A stretch of DNA of 64,000 nucleotides from an uncultured bacterium (GCA_963845185.1 CAWJRG010000010.1:832001-896000); one strand, 5' to 3'. Counted from the first letter of the stretch, positions 9,810 through 20,828 are shown. Translations and numbers: made by a program. Notes: generated by a model not told the origin, from the sequence alone.

Positions 9810-10649
9810 ATGAAGACAAAATCAAGAAAGCAAATTACAGGCATTATAGGTTATCCGCTGTCGCATACATTGTCGCCTCTTATGCACAACGCCGGGTTTA
9901 AAAAATTCGGGCTTAACTGGGAATACAAAGTTTTTGAGACAAAGCCCGAAGATGTAAAAAAATTCATTGGCAAAATCAGGGAGCAGCCTATAAAAGGCAT
10001 AAATGTTACGATACCTCACAAGCACTCTGTGATGCCTTTTCTTGACAGGATAGACAAAGCCGCGAAAACAATAGGCGCGGTAAATACCATTGTGAATAAA
10101 AATGGTTTCCTGATTGGCCATAACACCGATTACCTTGGTTTTATCGCATCGCTGAAAAAACACAGGGTAAATCTGAAAAATAAAAATGTTGTCATGCTCG
10201 GCGCGGGCGGCGCCGCGCACGCGGTCGGCTATGCAATAAATTTATCCAGGCCAAAAAGTTTCTACATATATAATATCGACACACCCATGATAAAGCGGCT
10301 TGTTAAAAAGTTAAAACTGAAAAATGTGAAAACAGGGGACATAATCAAAACCAAAGAAAAAGATAAGATATTGGCGAATGCGGATTTTATTGTAAACGCC
10401 ACGTCAGTGGGCATGCACGACAGTAATGTGCCGTATAAATTAGGGACACTGAAAAAGGGCTGCGTTGTTTATGATTTGATTTATAATCCCCCGCTTACCA
10501 AGTTTTTAAAGCACGCGAGGAGCAGGGGCGCGAGGATAATCAACGGCCTTGACATGCTGATTTATCAGGGCATAGAAGCATTTTGTTTGTGGACAGGCAA
10601 AAAACTCGGATATGATTTGTTCAAAAATGCAATCAAAAGGAAAAGTTAG
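9810..10649 (+). CDS. aroE: Shikimate dehydrogenase
   Basis: HTLSPLMHN, NVTIPHK, GAVNT, NTD, GAGGAA and GLDMLIYQG motifs. Confidence 0.96.
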   Translation: MKTKSRKQITGIIGYPLSHTLSPLMHNAGFKKFGLNWEYKVFETKPEDVKKFIGKIREQPIKGINVTIPHKHSVMPFLDRIDKAAKTIGAVNTIVNKNGFLIGHNTDYLGFIASLKKHRVNLKNKNVVMLGAGGAAHAVGYAINLSRPKSFYIYNIDTPMIKRLVKKLKLKNVKTGDIIKTKEKDKILANADFIVNATSVGMHDSNVPYKLGTLKKGCVVYDLIYNPPLTKFLKHARSRGARIINGLDMLIYQGIEAFCLWTGKKLGYDLFKNAIKRKS

Positions 10650-10652
10650 AAA

Positions 10653-11384
10653 TCAGCCAAACCCGTCAAAATTCAAGGATATTCCAAGTTTAACTGAAAA
10701 ACCCGGATAATCAACAGGAACTATTACATTCTGCGAGCCGTCTTTCAAAGTGCCTCCGCATGCCCTGTATGAAACTTCACCCATAAAGCCGAAATTATTG
10801 CTGAACCAGTAATTAAAGCCTGCATTAAAGTTAATGCCTGCAAAACTCCCGGAGGGCGCGAGGTTGACAGTGCCGGTATTACTGCCGGAACTGCTGAAAT
10901 AACTTATATTGGAATAGTTGTTCATGCCGATATAAACGCCTATGTCAGCAGCAATATAACACTGGAAAGCGTTTAGCGTGAAACTGTCAAAAAAGTATTT
11001 GCGCGCGCCAATGCCCAGGTAATGAAGGCTGTAATCCTCTTTTGCAGTAACGGAAACATTCTGGCTATTGGGATAATAGAAAGTGCTTGAATCGGTGAAA
11101 TTAATATAGTCTTTTTTTAAGTAAATCGCCCAGGTAACGGGGTCGGTGTACATCAGCATGACCGCGTTTGCGCCCAGGGAGGGCGATAAAAAAACGTATT
11201 CATTGCCGTTTGACGAAAAAGCCTTGACGCTCTCGGTTTCATAAATGTTATTCGCACCGAAGATTTCAAGGAAAATTTTTGTAACTTCAGTATCGGAAAA
11301 TACATTTGGCACTGCAAAAAGGGAAAGCATCGTCAAAAAAAATGCAACCCGTATTTTTTTCCTGAATGTGTCAGAGACTGTCAT
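10653..11384 (-). CDS. Hypothetical exported protein, likely outer-membrane beta-barrel
   Basis: Signal peptide and alternating aromatic beta-strand pattern. Confidence 0.6.
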   Translation of the reverse strand: MTVSDTFRKKIRVAFFLTMLSLFAVPNVFSDTEVTKIFLEIFGANNIYETESVKAFSSNGNEYVFLSPSLGANAVMLMYTDPVTWAIYLKKDYINFTDSSTFYYPNSQNVSVTAKEDYSLHYLGIGARKYFFDSFTLNAFQCYIAADIGVYIGMNNYSNISYFSSSGSNTGTVNLAPSGSFAGINFNAGFNYWFSNNFGFMGEVSYRACGGTLKDGSQNVIVPVDYPGFSVKLGISLNFDGFG

Positions 11385-11479
11385 TTGTCCTCCCTAAATT
11401 TATTAACATAATGATATATTAATTTTAATATGGTGTAAATACAAAATTAGCCGGCTGTCACATGGGCTGCGTATTATTC

Positions 11480-11507
11480 TTGACACTGCCTTTATTAGTG
11501 CTATAAT
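11480..11507 (+). promoter_or_regulatory. recA promoter
   Basis: TTGACA-16-TATAAT with extended TG. Confidence 0.7.
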
Positions 11508-11550
11508 TTCCCGAAATTTACACTAATCTTAACAGCAGGGGTGAAAAACA

Positions 11551-12633
11551 ATGGTTGACGACAGAAAAAAAGCACTTGAACTTGCCATATCACAGATAGA
11601 AAAACAATTCGGAAAAGGCGTCATTATGAGGCTCGGCAAGGCGTCTATAGCGAAAGTAGAGGCGGTTCCGACAGGCGCGCTGTCACTTGACCTGGCGCTA
11701 GGGGTCGGAGGCATACCTCGCGGCAGGATAGTAGAAATATTCGGGCCTGAATCGTCAGGCAAAACAACCCTGGCGCTTAACATAGTTTCCATAGTGCAGA
11801 AACAGGGCGGCACAGCCGCGTACGTGGATGCGGAAAATGCCATGGATGCGGAATACGCGAAAAGAATCGGCGTGAATATAGACGAGCTGCTTATTTCCCA
11901 GCCTGACAACGGGGAACAGGCGCTTGAAATAGTGGAAACTTTAGTGAGAAGCAGCGCCGTGGACGTGATAGTAGTTGATTCCGTGGCAGCGCTTGTGCCG
12001 AGGGCGGAAATAGAGGGAGAAATGGGCGACGCGCACATGGCGCTCCAGGCGAGGCTCATGTCGCAGGCAATGAGGAAGCTGACAAGCATAATTAACAAGT
12101 CAGGGTCAATAGTTATTTTCATCAACCAGCTCAGGGAAAAACTCGGCGTAATGTTCGGGAACCCAGAAACAACGCCGGGCGGCAGGGCGCTGAAATTTTA
12201 CGCGTCAATCAGGATTGATATAAGAAGAATAGAGACCATAAAAAAAGGCGACGTGCACATGGGGAACAGGGTTAAGGCAAAAGTAGTGAAAAACAAAGTT
12301 GCCCCGCCTTTCAGGGAGGCTATCTTCGACATTATATTCGGCAAGGGAATATTGAGGGAGCCGGCAACGCTTGAGGCCGCGGAGAACATGGGGGTCCTTG
12401 AAAAAAGCGGCTCATGGTATTTATATGGAGACAAAAAAATCGGCCAGGGCAGGGACTCGGCAATAACATACCTTACTGAAAACCCGAATGTGCTTGAAGA
12501 AATAGAATTAAAAACCAGGGAAAAATTCTTTGCGCAGATGAAGGTTGAAAACAGCGGCAAACAGGAGCCGCTCCCGGAAGAAAAACCCGCGAAAGAAAAA
12601 GAAACAAAAGCCAAGGCAAAAAAAGAGGACTGA
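11551..12633 (+). CDS. recA: Recombinase A
   Basis: [16 protein letters not shown] and [10 protein letters not shown] motifs. Confidence 0.99.
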   Translation: MVDDRKKALELAISQIEKQFGKGVIMRLGKASIAKVEAVPTGALSLDLALGVGGIPRGRIVEIFGPESSGKTTLALNIVSIVQKQGGTAAYVDAENAMDAEYAKRIGVNIDELLISQPDNGEQALEIVETLVRSSAVDVIVVDSVAALVPRAEIEGEMGDAHMALQARLMSQAMRKLTSIINKSGSIVIFINQLREKLGVMFGNPETTPGGRALKFYASIRIDIRRIETIKKGDVHMGNRVKAKVVKNKVAPPFREAIFDIIFGKGILREPATLEAAENMGVLEKSGSWYLYGDKKIGQGRDSAITYLTENPNVLEEIELKTREKFFAQMKVENSGKQEPLPEEKPAKEKETKAKAKKED

Positions 12634-12665
12634 ATCTGCGCCCATAAAGCGGAGGTAAAAACCGC

Positions 12666-14951
12666 ATGAATAAAACACTCAAAATCCTTTTAATCGTAGT
12701 CATCTCAATCCTGGTACTGATGGCAATCGCAATAGCGTCAATACCCTTATTTTTCCCGCCTGAAAAAATGAAAGCCATGCTTATCACCGAGATGTCCAAT
12801 TTGACCGGCAGGCAGGTGGCGGTAAAAAAACTGCAGTTCAATATTTTCAAGGGCATAGAGCTGGACGGCGTGACGATAAAGGAACGCGACGGGGAGAATA
12901 ATTTTATCAAGGATGACACAATACTCCTTAAATACAACCTTTTCGCGCTGCTCGTGAGGCAGCTCGTCATATACAAATTTGAGCTGGTTTCGCCTTACGT
13001 GGAAATAATAAAGGACAGGAAAGGGATTTTTAATTTTCAGGATATCATAGACAAAAACCAGAAACCCGCTGCCGGAGCAAAAAATGTTCCGGTATCAAAG
13101 TCAAAATCCAGGAAAAAACATCAGCAGCAGCCAACGCCTGTGCCGCAGCCGACGGCGCAGCCTGCAGGCAATGAAGCAGGAAATAAACCGGATTTTATAA
13201 AAAATATAATAATAACCAGCGCAGGGGTAAAAAACGGGAATTTTTCCTACCAGGATTTTTCAGCAGCAGCCCCTTTGTCCTTAAAAGTGGACAGTTTTAA
13301 TTTTGACATGGACAATATAATATTGACCGCGGTAAAGCCGGCTACGGTTGATTTAAACTGCAATGTCATTTACAATAAACTGGCGATACCCGTGCTTGTC
13401 AAGTCAAGCCTTGTATTCGACATGAAGGAAAAAGGGGTAAAATTAAACATATCAACGGCTAAAATAGCAGGCATAAACACGCAGGGCGAGCTGGTAATAA
13501 CGGACTTTAAAAATGCCGGCGGCGAACTGGTCACCACGCTTAATACGGCAGAGGTAATACAATACCTGCCGGCAGAAATGAAGGCGCAGTTAAAGGGCGC
13601 GACTGCAAACATAGAAATATCAAACAACGCGTGGTTCAGGTACCTGGCAGACGGCAAAAAGTTGTCCTTTAAGAACACGGTTTCAATAGACAGGGGCGAA
13701 GTTACATACAACGAAAAAAAGATTCTTGAAAACCTTAAGGGCAAGATATCAGTAACCGACAAATATGATTTAAAAAGCAATTTTACGTTTTTACTTGCCG
13801 GCTCAAGCGTAAAACTCGACACTGAAGGTTACGGGCTGAATAAAATCAAATCAAGCAGGATATACGTGAATATTTATTCTCCGAAGTTTGCGACTGAATA
13901 CCTGCTTGCCCTGTTCCCGCAAAAAGAAAAGGCAAAATCAGGGGCAAATACAGGCGGCAATGAAGCAAGCATAACAAAGGCAGGCTCACTGGCAGCATCT
14001 GCGAAAAAATCAAGGCAAAAAAGTGCTGGCACAAAGCAGCTTGGAGCAATGCCTGAAGTCCATATCAGCCTTAAAGCCGACGCCATAACCTATAAAACAG
14101 TCGAGGCGGGAAAGACAACGTCAAACATAAAATTTATAAACGGCAAACTTTCGTCTGACACATCAATATCCGCCTACAACGGAACTATATACAACAGCCT
14201 GACAGCTGACATAAACAAGGAAAAATACTCGACAAATGTCGAGATGAAAAACGTGCTCATAAACAAACTGATTGACGACGCCATTTCCGTGCTGCCGAAA
14301 AAGGACCCGAACAAGAAAACCCTGCTTGACGACCTGAAGAGCAAGGTTTACGGAAATTTCAGCACAAAGGTGAATTTTTCCGGGGACACCTTTATTGACG
14401 TGCCGCATACGATAAAAGGAGACGGGAATTTTGCCGTCAAAGACGGCAAGCTGGCTGCCCTTGACTCGGGTAAGGACCTTTATGCCAAGACAAAAATAGA
14501 GGCATTCAGGAATGACATGCCGTTTGATTTCCTCGGGGCGGACTTTAACATGAGCAAGGGAGTAATTAACATAAAAAATTTCAGGATGTACAGCGGCGCA
14601 AACGGGGAAAAGGGCGATATGAGGGCAAAGGGAGATGGGTATGTTACCGTGGATACAAAGCTTGATTTTACAATGCTTGTCGACCTGAACCCGCGCGTGG
14701 CAAAACAGGTGGAAGACGTGTTTGCGCAGAACCTGGGCATAAGGGATATAAGCTACGCGTATTCTTCCGACGGCTGGATGCCTTTTGATTTCAGGGTTTA
14801 CGGCACGGTGGAAAATAAAAGGTATGATTTCAACCAGAAAAGAATGTTTGATAATATAAAGAAAAGCATGGGCAAGAAACTTCAAAATCAAGGCACACAA
14901 TATTTCCAGGACAAGTCAAAAGACCTGCTTAAGAACCTTTTCGGCAAATGA
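12666..14951 (+). CDS. AsmA family protein
   Basis: N-terminal anchor, LTGRQV and FNFQDI motifs, AsmA-like C-terminus. Confidence 0.8.
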   Translation: MNKTLKILLIVVISILVLMAIAIASIPLFFPPEKMKAMLITEMSNLTGRQVAVKKLQFNIFKGIELDGVTIKERDGENNFIKDDTILLKYNLFALLVRQLVIYKFELVSPYVEIIKDRKGIFNFQDIIDKNQKPAAGAKNVPVSKSKSRKKHQQQPTPVPQPTAQPAGNEAGNKPDFIKNIIITSAGVKNGNFSYQDFSAAAPLSLKVDSFNFDMDNIILTAVKPATVDLNCNVIYNKLAIPVLVKSSLVFDMKEKGVKLNISTAKIAGINTQGELVITDFKNAGGELVTTLNTAEVIQYLPAEMKAQLKGATANIEISNNAWFRYLADGKKLSFKNTVSIDRGEVTYNEKKILENLKGKISVTDKYDLKSNFTFLLAGSSVKLDTEGYGLNKIKSSRIYVNIYSPKFATEYLLALFPQKEKAKSGANTGGNEASITKAGSLAASAKKSRQKSAGTKQLGAMPEVHISLKADAITYKTVEAGKTTSNIKFINGKLSSDTSISAYNGTIYNSLTADINKEKYSTNVEMKNVLINKLIDDAISVLPKKDPNKKTLLDDLKSKVYGNFSTKVNFSGDTFIDVPHTIKGDGNFAVKDGKLAALDSGKDLYAKTKIEAFRNDMPFDFLGADFNMSKGVINIKNFRMYSGANGEKGDMRAKGDGYVTVDTKLDFTMLVDLNPRVAKQVEDVFAQNLGIRDISYAYSSDGWMPFDFRVYGTVENKRYDFNQKRMFDNIKKSMGKKLQNQGTQYFQDKSKDLLKNLFGK

Positions 14952-14957
14952 GATAAA

Positions 14958-16007
14958 ATGAAGAAATATACCGCAGTCTTTCTATTTATTATTTTATTGT
15001 TTAGCACAGGATGCGTGCCGGCGGGCCAGCACAAGGTGAAAAAAACTCCAAAACCAAAGGAAGCTGTTGCCGCATTTACCGGGGATATAATGATGGGCAG
15101 GAGGATGGAGCCCTTTCTTGAGAAATACGGAGTTGATTATCCTTTTAAATTTGTCGATTGCGAGCTCAGCGGGTGCGATATTGTTTTCGGCAACTGCGAG
15201 GGGCCCATTGTTTACAAGGAAAAAACCAAGGACCTGCAGAAGACCCCCGGCAAAGAGCTGTATTTATTTATGGAAGAAAGCTGCGCCGGTGCAATAAAGA
15301 ATGCCGGGTACAACGTATTATCGCTTGCAAACAACCATACGCTTGATTACAAGGAAGATGCGTTATTGCAGACAATGGAAATACTTGATAAAAACGAAAT
15401 AAAATACACCGGAATATACAAAGGCAATTTAAGCAGGGCAAACGAGCCCCTGATAATGAAAGTAAACGGCATGAAAATCGGTTTTTTATGCTATTCGCAG
15501 GTGTCGCCGAAAAGTTTTTTCGCCCGCGGAAAAAGTTTCGGGATAATGCCGGCTGACATAAGCATAATAAGAAAAGACATAAAGGCAGCCAAACCAAAGG
15601 TTGATTTGCTGGTAATTTACCTTCACTGGGGAAAGGAAGGCCAGGGCGTGTTAAAATACCAGTATGCGCAGGCAAGGCAGATAATTGATGAAGGGGCAGA
15701 CCTTATCATAGGCTCGCATACGCACCTTTTCCAGGATATAGAGCTTTATAACGGGAAATATATTTTTTACGGCCTCGGCAATTTCGTGTTCGACCAGGAC
15801 AGCGAAAAAACAAAATACAGCGGCATAGTGAAGGTGAAAATCGAAAAGGGCAAAATTTCCGGGGTAAAGGTGGTGCCGGTTTACCTTAACAACTACAGGC
15901 CGGAAATAATAACGGACAGGGAAAAATTAAATACATTCTGGGATAAAGTAAACCTTATCAATATCGAAGCCAAAGACATAACTGAAGATTATTCAGGGAA
16001 GCTGTAA
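14958..16007 (+). CDS. CapA family metallophosphoesterase-like lipoprotein
   Basis: Lipobox STGC; GDIM, LANNH.LDY, HWG.E, GSHTH and YGLGNFVFDQ motifs. Confidence 0.92.
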   Translation: MKKYTAVFLFIILLFSTGCVPAGQHKVKKTPKPKEAVAAFTGDIMMGRRMEPFLEKYGVDYPFKFVDCELSGCDIVFGNCEGPIVYKEKTKDLQKTPGKELYLFMEESCAGAIKNAGYNVLSLANNHTLDYKEDALLQTMEILDKNEIKYTGIYKGNLSRANEPLIMKVNGMKIGFLCYSQVSPKSFFARGKSFGIMPADISIIRKDIKAAKPKVDLLVIYLHWGKEGQGVLKYQYAQARQIIDEGADLIIGSHTHLFQDIELYNGKYIFYGLGNFVFDQDSEKTKYSGIVKVKIEKGKISGVKVVPVYLNNYRPEIITDREKLNTFWDKVNLINIEAKDITEDYSGKL

Positions 16008-16025
16008 GAGGAGGCAGGATACTAA

Positions 16026-16668
16026 ATGAACGGGAATATTTTAAAATCAATACACTGGATTCACCACGCCAGTTTCAGGATAGAAGCCGGCGGCAAGGTG
16101 ATTTATATAGACCCGTTTAAATTAAAGGAAACAATGCCGGCAGATTATATATTCGTGACGCATGCGCATTTCGACCATTTTTCCTTAAACGACATCGACA
16201 GCATATTAAAGGAAGGGACCGTCATAATATGTCCGGATGCGGTTGCGAAGGAGTTAAAAGGGTATAATTTTAAGAAACTTAAACCCGGGGATAAGCTTGA
16301 GCTTGAAGGGATAAAATGCGAAGCGACACCCGCTTATAATATAGAAAAGAATTTTCACCAGAAAAACAACGATAACATGGGTTTTATTATCGAGATAGAA
16401 GGGGCCAGGATATACAACTCTGGCGATACGGATTATATACCTGAAATGAACGATTTGCAGGATATAACAGTTGCGCTTGTGCCTGTGGCAGGGACTTATA
16501 CAATGAACCCGAAAGAAGCTGCAGCGGCAGTAAATGCTTTTAAGCCGCAAATAGCAGTACCAATGCATTTCGGCCAGCTTGTTGTAGGCGACATGCAGAA
16601 CGCGGGAAGAGTTCAAAAAGCTTGTTAAAGAGCCAATAAAAGTAGAGATAATGAAAGAGGAAGGGTAA
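16026..16668 (+). CDS. MBL-fold metallo-hydrolase, apparent frameshift near 16605
   Basis: THAHFDH, SGDT and PMH motifs. Removing one G from GCGGGAAGAG extends the ORF (NAEEFKKLVKEPIKVEIMKEEG) to 16668. Confidence 0.85.
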
Positions 16669-16771
16669 ATAAGTACGGGAACCGGGAATCGGGTTAGGTG
16701 CGGCGCGCTCGCTTCAAGTCCTTGGTTGCCGATAAAGTGGGTATTTTGGATTATATAGTAAGATAGAAAAT

Positions 16772-16848
16772 TGGTGGGCCCTGTAGGACTTGAACCTACG
16801 GCCAATAGATTATGAGTCTACTGCTCTGACCAACTGAGCTAAGGGCCC
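16772..16848 (-). tRNA. tRNA with CAT anticodon, most likely tRNA-Ile2
   Basis: 77-nt cloverleaf GGGCCCTTAGCTCAG...CTCATAA...GTTCAAGTCC...GGGCCCACCA; promoter TTGACA-16-TATAAT at 16886-16859. Confidence 0.93.
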
Positions 16849-16912
16849 GCGGATAACAATTATATTTTTAATGGCGGATTTGTCAAGGAAATTCTAGGAA
16901 ACAGGAGGGAGC

Positions 16913-17467
16913 ATGCTTACAGACGATCAAAAAAAAATTTTTTTAAGGATTGCAAGGCAAACAATTGAGAACTACATAAAAAACGAGAGAATTTCTACAG
17001 TGCAGACAGATGACCCTGCTTTTACCCAGAACGGCGGTGCTTTTGTCACCATACACAGCCACGGCCAGCTGCGCGGCTGCATAGGCATGATAGAAGCATT
17101 AAAGCCGCTGTATGAGACTGTGATAGAGATGGCAATCGAATCTGCCACAGGAGACCCAAGGTTTATGCCTCTGAATGAAAACGAATTAAAGGAAATAGAT
17201 TTGGAAATATCAGCCCTTTCGCCAAAGAGAAGAATAAAAAGCATAGATGAAATCGAGCTCGGCAAGCACGGTGTGATTGTAAAAAACGGATATCACAGCG
17301 GGGTCTTCCTGCCGCAGGTCGCGACTGAAACAGGCTGGTCAAAGGAAGAATTCATGAGAAACCTGTGCGCAGGGAAAGCAGGATTACCACCTGACGCTTA
17401 TAAAGATAAAAGCACTGAAATATATATTTTTGATGCTGAAGTTTTCGGGGAAAAAGAATTCAAATAG
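16913..17467 (+). CDS. amrA: AmmeMemoRadiSam system protein A (AMMECR1 family)
   Basis: GAFVT, LRGCIG, DPRF, FLPQVA and LC.KAG motifs. Confidence 0.93.
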   Translation: MLTDDQKKIFLRIARQTIENYIKNERISTVQTDDPAFTQNGGAFVTIHSHGQLRGCIGMIEALKPLYETVIEMAIESATGDPRFMPLNENELKEIDLEISALSPKRRIKSIDEIELGKHGVIVKNGYHSGVFLPQVATETGWSKEEFMRNLCAGKAGLPPDAYKDKSTEIYIFDAEVFGEKEFK

Positions 17468-17481
17468 ATTGTTCTGCTAGG

Positions 17482-17510
17482 GCAGAGACGACCCGTCGGG
17501 TCGTCTCTAC
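17482..17510. repeat. GTAG-type REP-like palindrome
   Basis: GCAGAGACGACCCGTCGGGTCGTCTCTAC, nearly identical to 30701-30729. Confidence 0.8.
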
Positions 17511-17554
17511 TTTAATATCATTTATATGATTAAATAACAAACGGGGTTTGTAAA

Positions 17555-19243
17555 ATGCTGCGACCGCAAAGCAATACTTTCAGGCACACCATAGAGATAA
17601 AAGGCCCATGGACTATTAGGTTCGGCAAAAAAGAACGGCCAAGGTCCATACCTGTTCCTGCAAGCTGGAACGAAATATTTCCGGACAAGCGCGACTATCT
17701 TGGGCCTGCAACATATATCACGCGTTTCCAGGTGCCTGCGGAATACAAAAATAAAAAAATTCTCCTCAGGTTTAATTCGGTCAATTACTTTGCAAGTGTA
17801 TATTTAAACAATAAAAAACTCGGCTCGCACGAGGGTGGCAATCTACCTTTTGAGTTTGAGCTGCCAAAAAAAATTCTGAAAAAAAATAACCTTCTTTCTG
17901 TCGTTGTTGATGGCCAGCTTGCACCGGACCGTGTGCCGCCCGGTAACATACCGTACAACCCGAAAGATGCATTCGCGAATACCGCTTACCCTGCCGCGGC
18001 ATTTGATTTTTTCCCTTTTTGCGGCATACACCGCAAAGTATATTTGTGCGCAGTACCGCAGCAGGCCATAAAAGATATTACAATTACGACAGATATCAAA
18101 AACAAAAGCGGCATTGTCCATGTCAGGATAGAGCGTGATTTTGATGCAGACGCTTCGGCTAGTGTCAGCATCGGCACCATATCAAGGCAGGCAAAGTTTA
18201 AAGGCAGGTATGCCGACTTCCATATTATAATACCGCGCGCAAAATTCTGGTCGTCCGGCTCGCCTTTTCTTTACAGGCTAAATTCGAAAATCATCAAAAA
18301 TAAAAAAATAATAGACAGTTTCAGCACGTTTTTTGGCATAAGGACTGTCTCAGTAAAAGGCAGCAGGATATTTTTAAACAACAAGCCGATATTTTTAAAA
18401 GGCGTTGCTAGGCATGAGGATTTTCCCAGTACCGGCCGCGGGTATAACCCGTACTGGGTGGCAAAGGATTTCAGGCTTTTAAAATGGCTTGGCGCGAATT
18501 CTTTCCGCACCAGCCACTACCCCTACGCTGAGGAGCAGCTCGATTTGGCCGATAAACTGGGGTTCATGGTCATTGACGAGACTCCGGCAGTGGGCCTGTT
18601 TTTTAAAAATCCCGGCATGGAAAAGCGGGAAAAACTCTGTAAACAATATATAAGGGAAATGATTGACAGGGACAAGAATCATGCTTCGGTAGTAGTGTGG
18701 AGCCTTGCCAATGAGCCGCAAACACACAGGCCCGCGGCAAAGCCGTTTTTTAAAAGGCTGGCTACTCTTGCAAGGTCGCTCGACAAGACAAGGCCTGTTA
18801 CGCTCGTGAGTTTCATGGGAGCGTATGAAAAGTCTTTTGAGTTCCTTGATGTTGTTTGCGTGAACAGATACATGGGATGGTATTCTGAGCAGGGGCAGTT
18901 GTCTGTTGCCCTGCCAAAATTATCAAAGGATTTGGATTTGATTTATAAAACATTCCATAAGCCAGTAATACTTACGGAATTTGGAGCCGACGCCTTGCCT
19001 GGCAGGCGGTCGCCAATAAATCCCGACATGTTCAGCGAGGATTACCAGAAAGCAATAATAGAAGGCTATTTGAAAATCGCGGCATCAAAGCCGTATATGG
19101 CAGGCACGCATGTATGGAACATGTGCGACTTCAAGACAGGCCAGGCAATACACAGGCCGGGAGGGATGAACTGGAAAGGCGTTTTCACGCGCGACAGGAA
19201 ACCCAAGCTCGCCGCGTATTTACTGAGAAAATACTGGAAGTAA
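17555..19243 (+). CDS. uidA: GH2 beta-glucuronidase
   Basis: VPASWNE, FDFF, RHED, FRTSHYPY, WSLANEP, TEFGAD and NWKGVFTRDR (NxKG) motifs. Confidence 0.9.
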   Translation: MLRPQSNTFRHTIEIKGPWTIRFGKKERPRSIPVPASWNEIFPDKRDYLGPATYITRFQVPAEYKNKKILLRFNSVNYFASVYLNNKKLGSHEGGNLPFEFELPKKILKKNNLLSVVVDGQLAPDRVPPGNIPYNPKDAFANTAYPAAAFDFFPFCGIHRKVYLCAVPQQAIKDITITTDIKNKSGIVHVRIERDFDADASASVSIGTISRQAKFKGRYADFHIIIPRAKFWSSGSPFLYRLNSKIIKNKKIIDSFSTFFGIRTVSVKGSRIFLNNKPIFLKGVARHEDFPSTGRGYNPYWVAKDFRLLKWLGANSFRTSHYPYAEEQLDLADKLGFMVIDETPAVGLFFKNPGMEKREKLCKQYIREMIDRDKNHASVVVWSLANEPQTHRPAAKPFFKRLATLARSLDKTRPVTLVSFMGAYEKSFEFLDVVCVNRYMGWYSEQGQLSVALPKLSKDLDLIYKTFHKPVILTEFGADALPGRRSPINPDMFSEDYQKAIIEGYLKIAASKPYMAGTHVWNMCDFKTGQAIHRPGGMNWKGVFTRDRKPKLAAYLLRKYWK

Positions 19244-19264
19244 TGCTTTATGAAGGAGGTTAAG

Positions 19265-19831
19265 GTGAAAGGTAAACAAAACGACATAAAGTATTCATAT
19301 GATAATTTGACTTATGACGATATGAAGAAGAATGAAAACATTAAAAATAAGACCATATTGCAAATTATTAATAAAAGGATGGATTTTTTTTATTATAAAT
19401 ATTGTTTTTATAGTATGCGAGCATATCGAATTTTTACGACTGTTTCAGCAATCGTAATAGCTTTAAATGTAGTATTTATTGCTCGTTTTTTTTATGCAAT
19501 GAATGGCAAACATTGGGGTTTAGTGTTTTTGTTTTTGACAGCTATATATTCTTTTTTAGGTTTTATTATTTTAGGTATAATATACAGGTTAGTTTATGGG
19601 AAAAAAGAATTTTTTTGTGCTTACTGTGGAACGGTTAATAAAGGAACTTGTTATTGTACTAAATGTAACAGGCGAATTGATATAAATGGGTTTGAGTTTA
19701 AAAGAATAATATTAAGATGCCCAAAATGTTTTGAAGTAATTGTAAGAGATGAAGAAATAAATGCTTGTCCTGGCTGCGAATATAAATTTTATAAGCCGAA
19801 AAAGCAATTAACGGGTGAAAAAATTGGCTAA
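19265..19831 (+). CDS. Hypothetical two-TM protein with C-terminal zinc ribbons, AT-rich
   Basis: SD AAGGAGG before GTG 19265; four CxxC pairs. Confidence 0.65.
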   Translation: MKGKQNDIKYSYDNLTYDDMKKNENIKNKTILQIINKRMDFFYYKYCFYSMRAYRIFTTVSAIVIALNVVFIARFFYAMNGKHWGLVFLFLTAIYSFLGFIILGIIYRLVYGKKEFFCAYCGTVNKGTCYCTKCNRRIDINGFEFKRIILRCPKCFEVIVRDEEINACPGCEYKFYKPKKQLTGEKIG

Positions 19832-20828
19832 ATGCGTACCAAAAGCAGCAATACTGTGCGATTCGATTGAAAATATTCAAAATGTTTTCGGACAGGGCAG
19901 GCTTGAAAAATTAAAAAGCCTTGTAAATATTTTTCCGAAAATTATTTCAGGAAAAGATTTTGATAAATATAAAAACAGCATAAAAGAAATCGAATATATA
20001 TTTTCCACATGGGGTATGCCGCAACTGAAAGAAAGCCAGATTGACGAGCTAAGCAGGCTTAAGGCAATATTTTATGCCGCAGGATCAGTAAAATATTTTG
20101 CGGAACCATACCTTAAAAGAGGCATCAAGGTAATCAGCGCATGGGCTGAAAACGCAAAACCAACTGCCGCATTTGCGCTTGGACAGGTGCTTCTGTCGTG
20201 CAAAGGCTATTTCAGGCATGTCAGGGAATACAGAATAAAAAAATCCGGCATATGGAGCATCACCAAAGCCGGATTTTATGGATGCAAAGTAGGGATAATA
20301 GGTGCAGGAAAAGTTGGCCGCAGGCTCATTGAGTTGCTGAAACCCTTCGGTGTGGAAATCCTTGTTGCTGACCCGTATCTTTCTGTACAGCAGGCCAAAC
20401 TGCTTGGAGCGCGTAAGGCTTCGCTTGAAAAAATATTTAAGGAGTGCCGTGTAGTCTCAAATCACTTGCCCGATATCAAGAAAACAAAAGGAGCCTTAAA
20501 CGCTAGGCTGTTTTCTTCCATGATGAAAAACGCGACATTTATCAATACAGGCCGCGGGGCACAGGTAAATGAGCATGACCTTGTACGTGTATTAAAGAAA
20601 CGCAAAGACCTGGCTGCTTTGCTGGATGTGACAGACCATGAACCTCCAAAAAACAATTCTGCGCTGTTTAAACTGCCGAATGTTATTTTAAGCCCTCACA
20701 TAGCAGGCGCCTATGGCAAAGAACAGGTGCTGCTTGTTGATTGCGTTATTGAGGAATTTAAGTCATTCTTGCGTGGAAAAAGGCTCAAATACGAAGTTAC
20801 TTTGGGAATGCTGGGAAAAATGGGATGA
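19815..20828 (+). CDS. D-isomer-specific 2-hydroxyacid dehydrogenase
   Basis: YAAGSVK, GAGKVG, FINTGRG, LDVT..EP and SPHIAG motifs. Confidence 0.92.
   Translation: MKKLAKCVPKAAILCDSIENIQNVFGQGRLEKLKSLVNIFPKIISGKDFDKYKNSIKEIEYIFSTWGMPQLKESQIDELSRLKAIFYAAGSVKYFAEPYLKRGIKVISAWAENAKPTAAFALGQVLLSCKGYFRHVREYRIKKSGIWSITKAGFYGCKVGIIGAGKVGRRLIELLKPFGVEILVADPYLSVQQAKLLGARKASLEKIFKECRVVSNHLPDIKKTKGALNARLFSSMMKNATFINTGRGAQVNEHDLVRVLKKRKDLAALLDVTDHEPPKNNSALFKLPNVILSPHIAGAYGKEQVLLVDCVIEEFKSFLRGKRLKYEVTLGMLGKMG

Noticed and set aside
11385..11550. LexA box upstream of recA
   Set aside because: No recognisable CTGT-N8-ACAG or GAAC-N4-GTTC motif.
16676..16693. Heptamer repeat CGGGAAC-CGGGAAT-CGGG
   Set aside because: Only about 2.5 units and no associated gene; too short to call.
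16772..16848. tRNA as a prophage or island integration site
   Set aside because: No integrase nearby and no duplicated tRNA 3' end found in the window.
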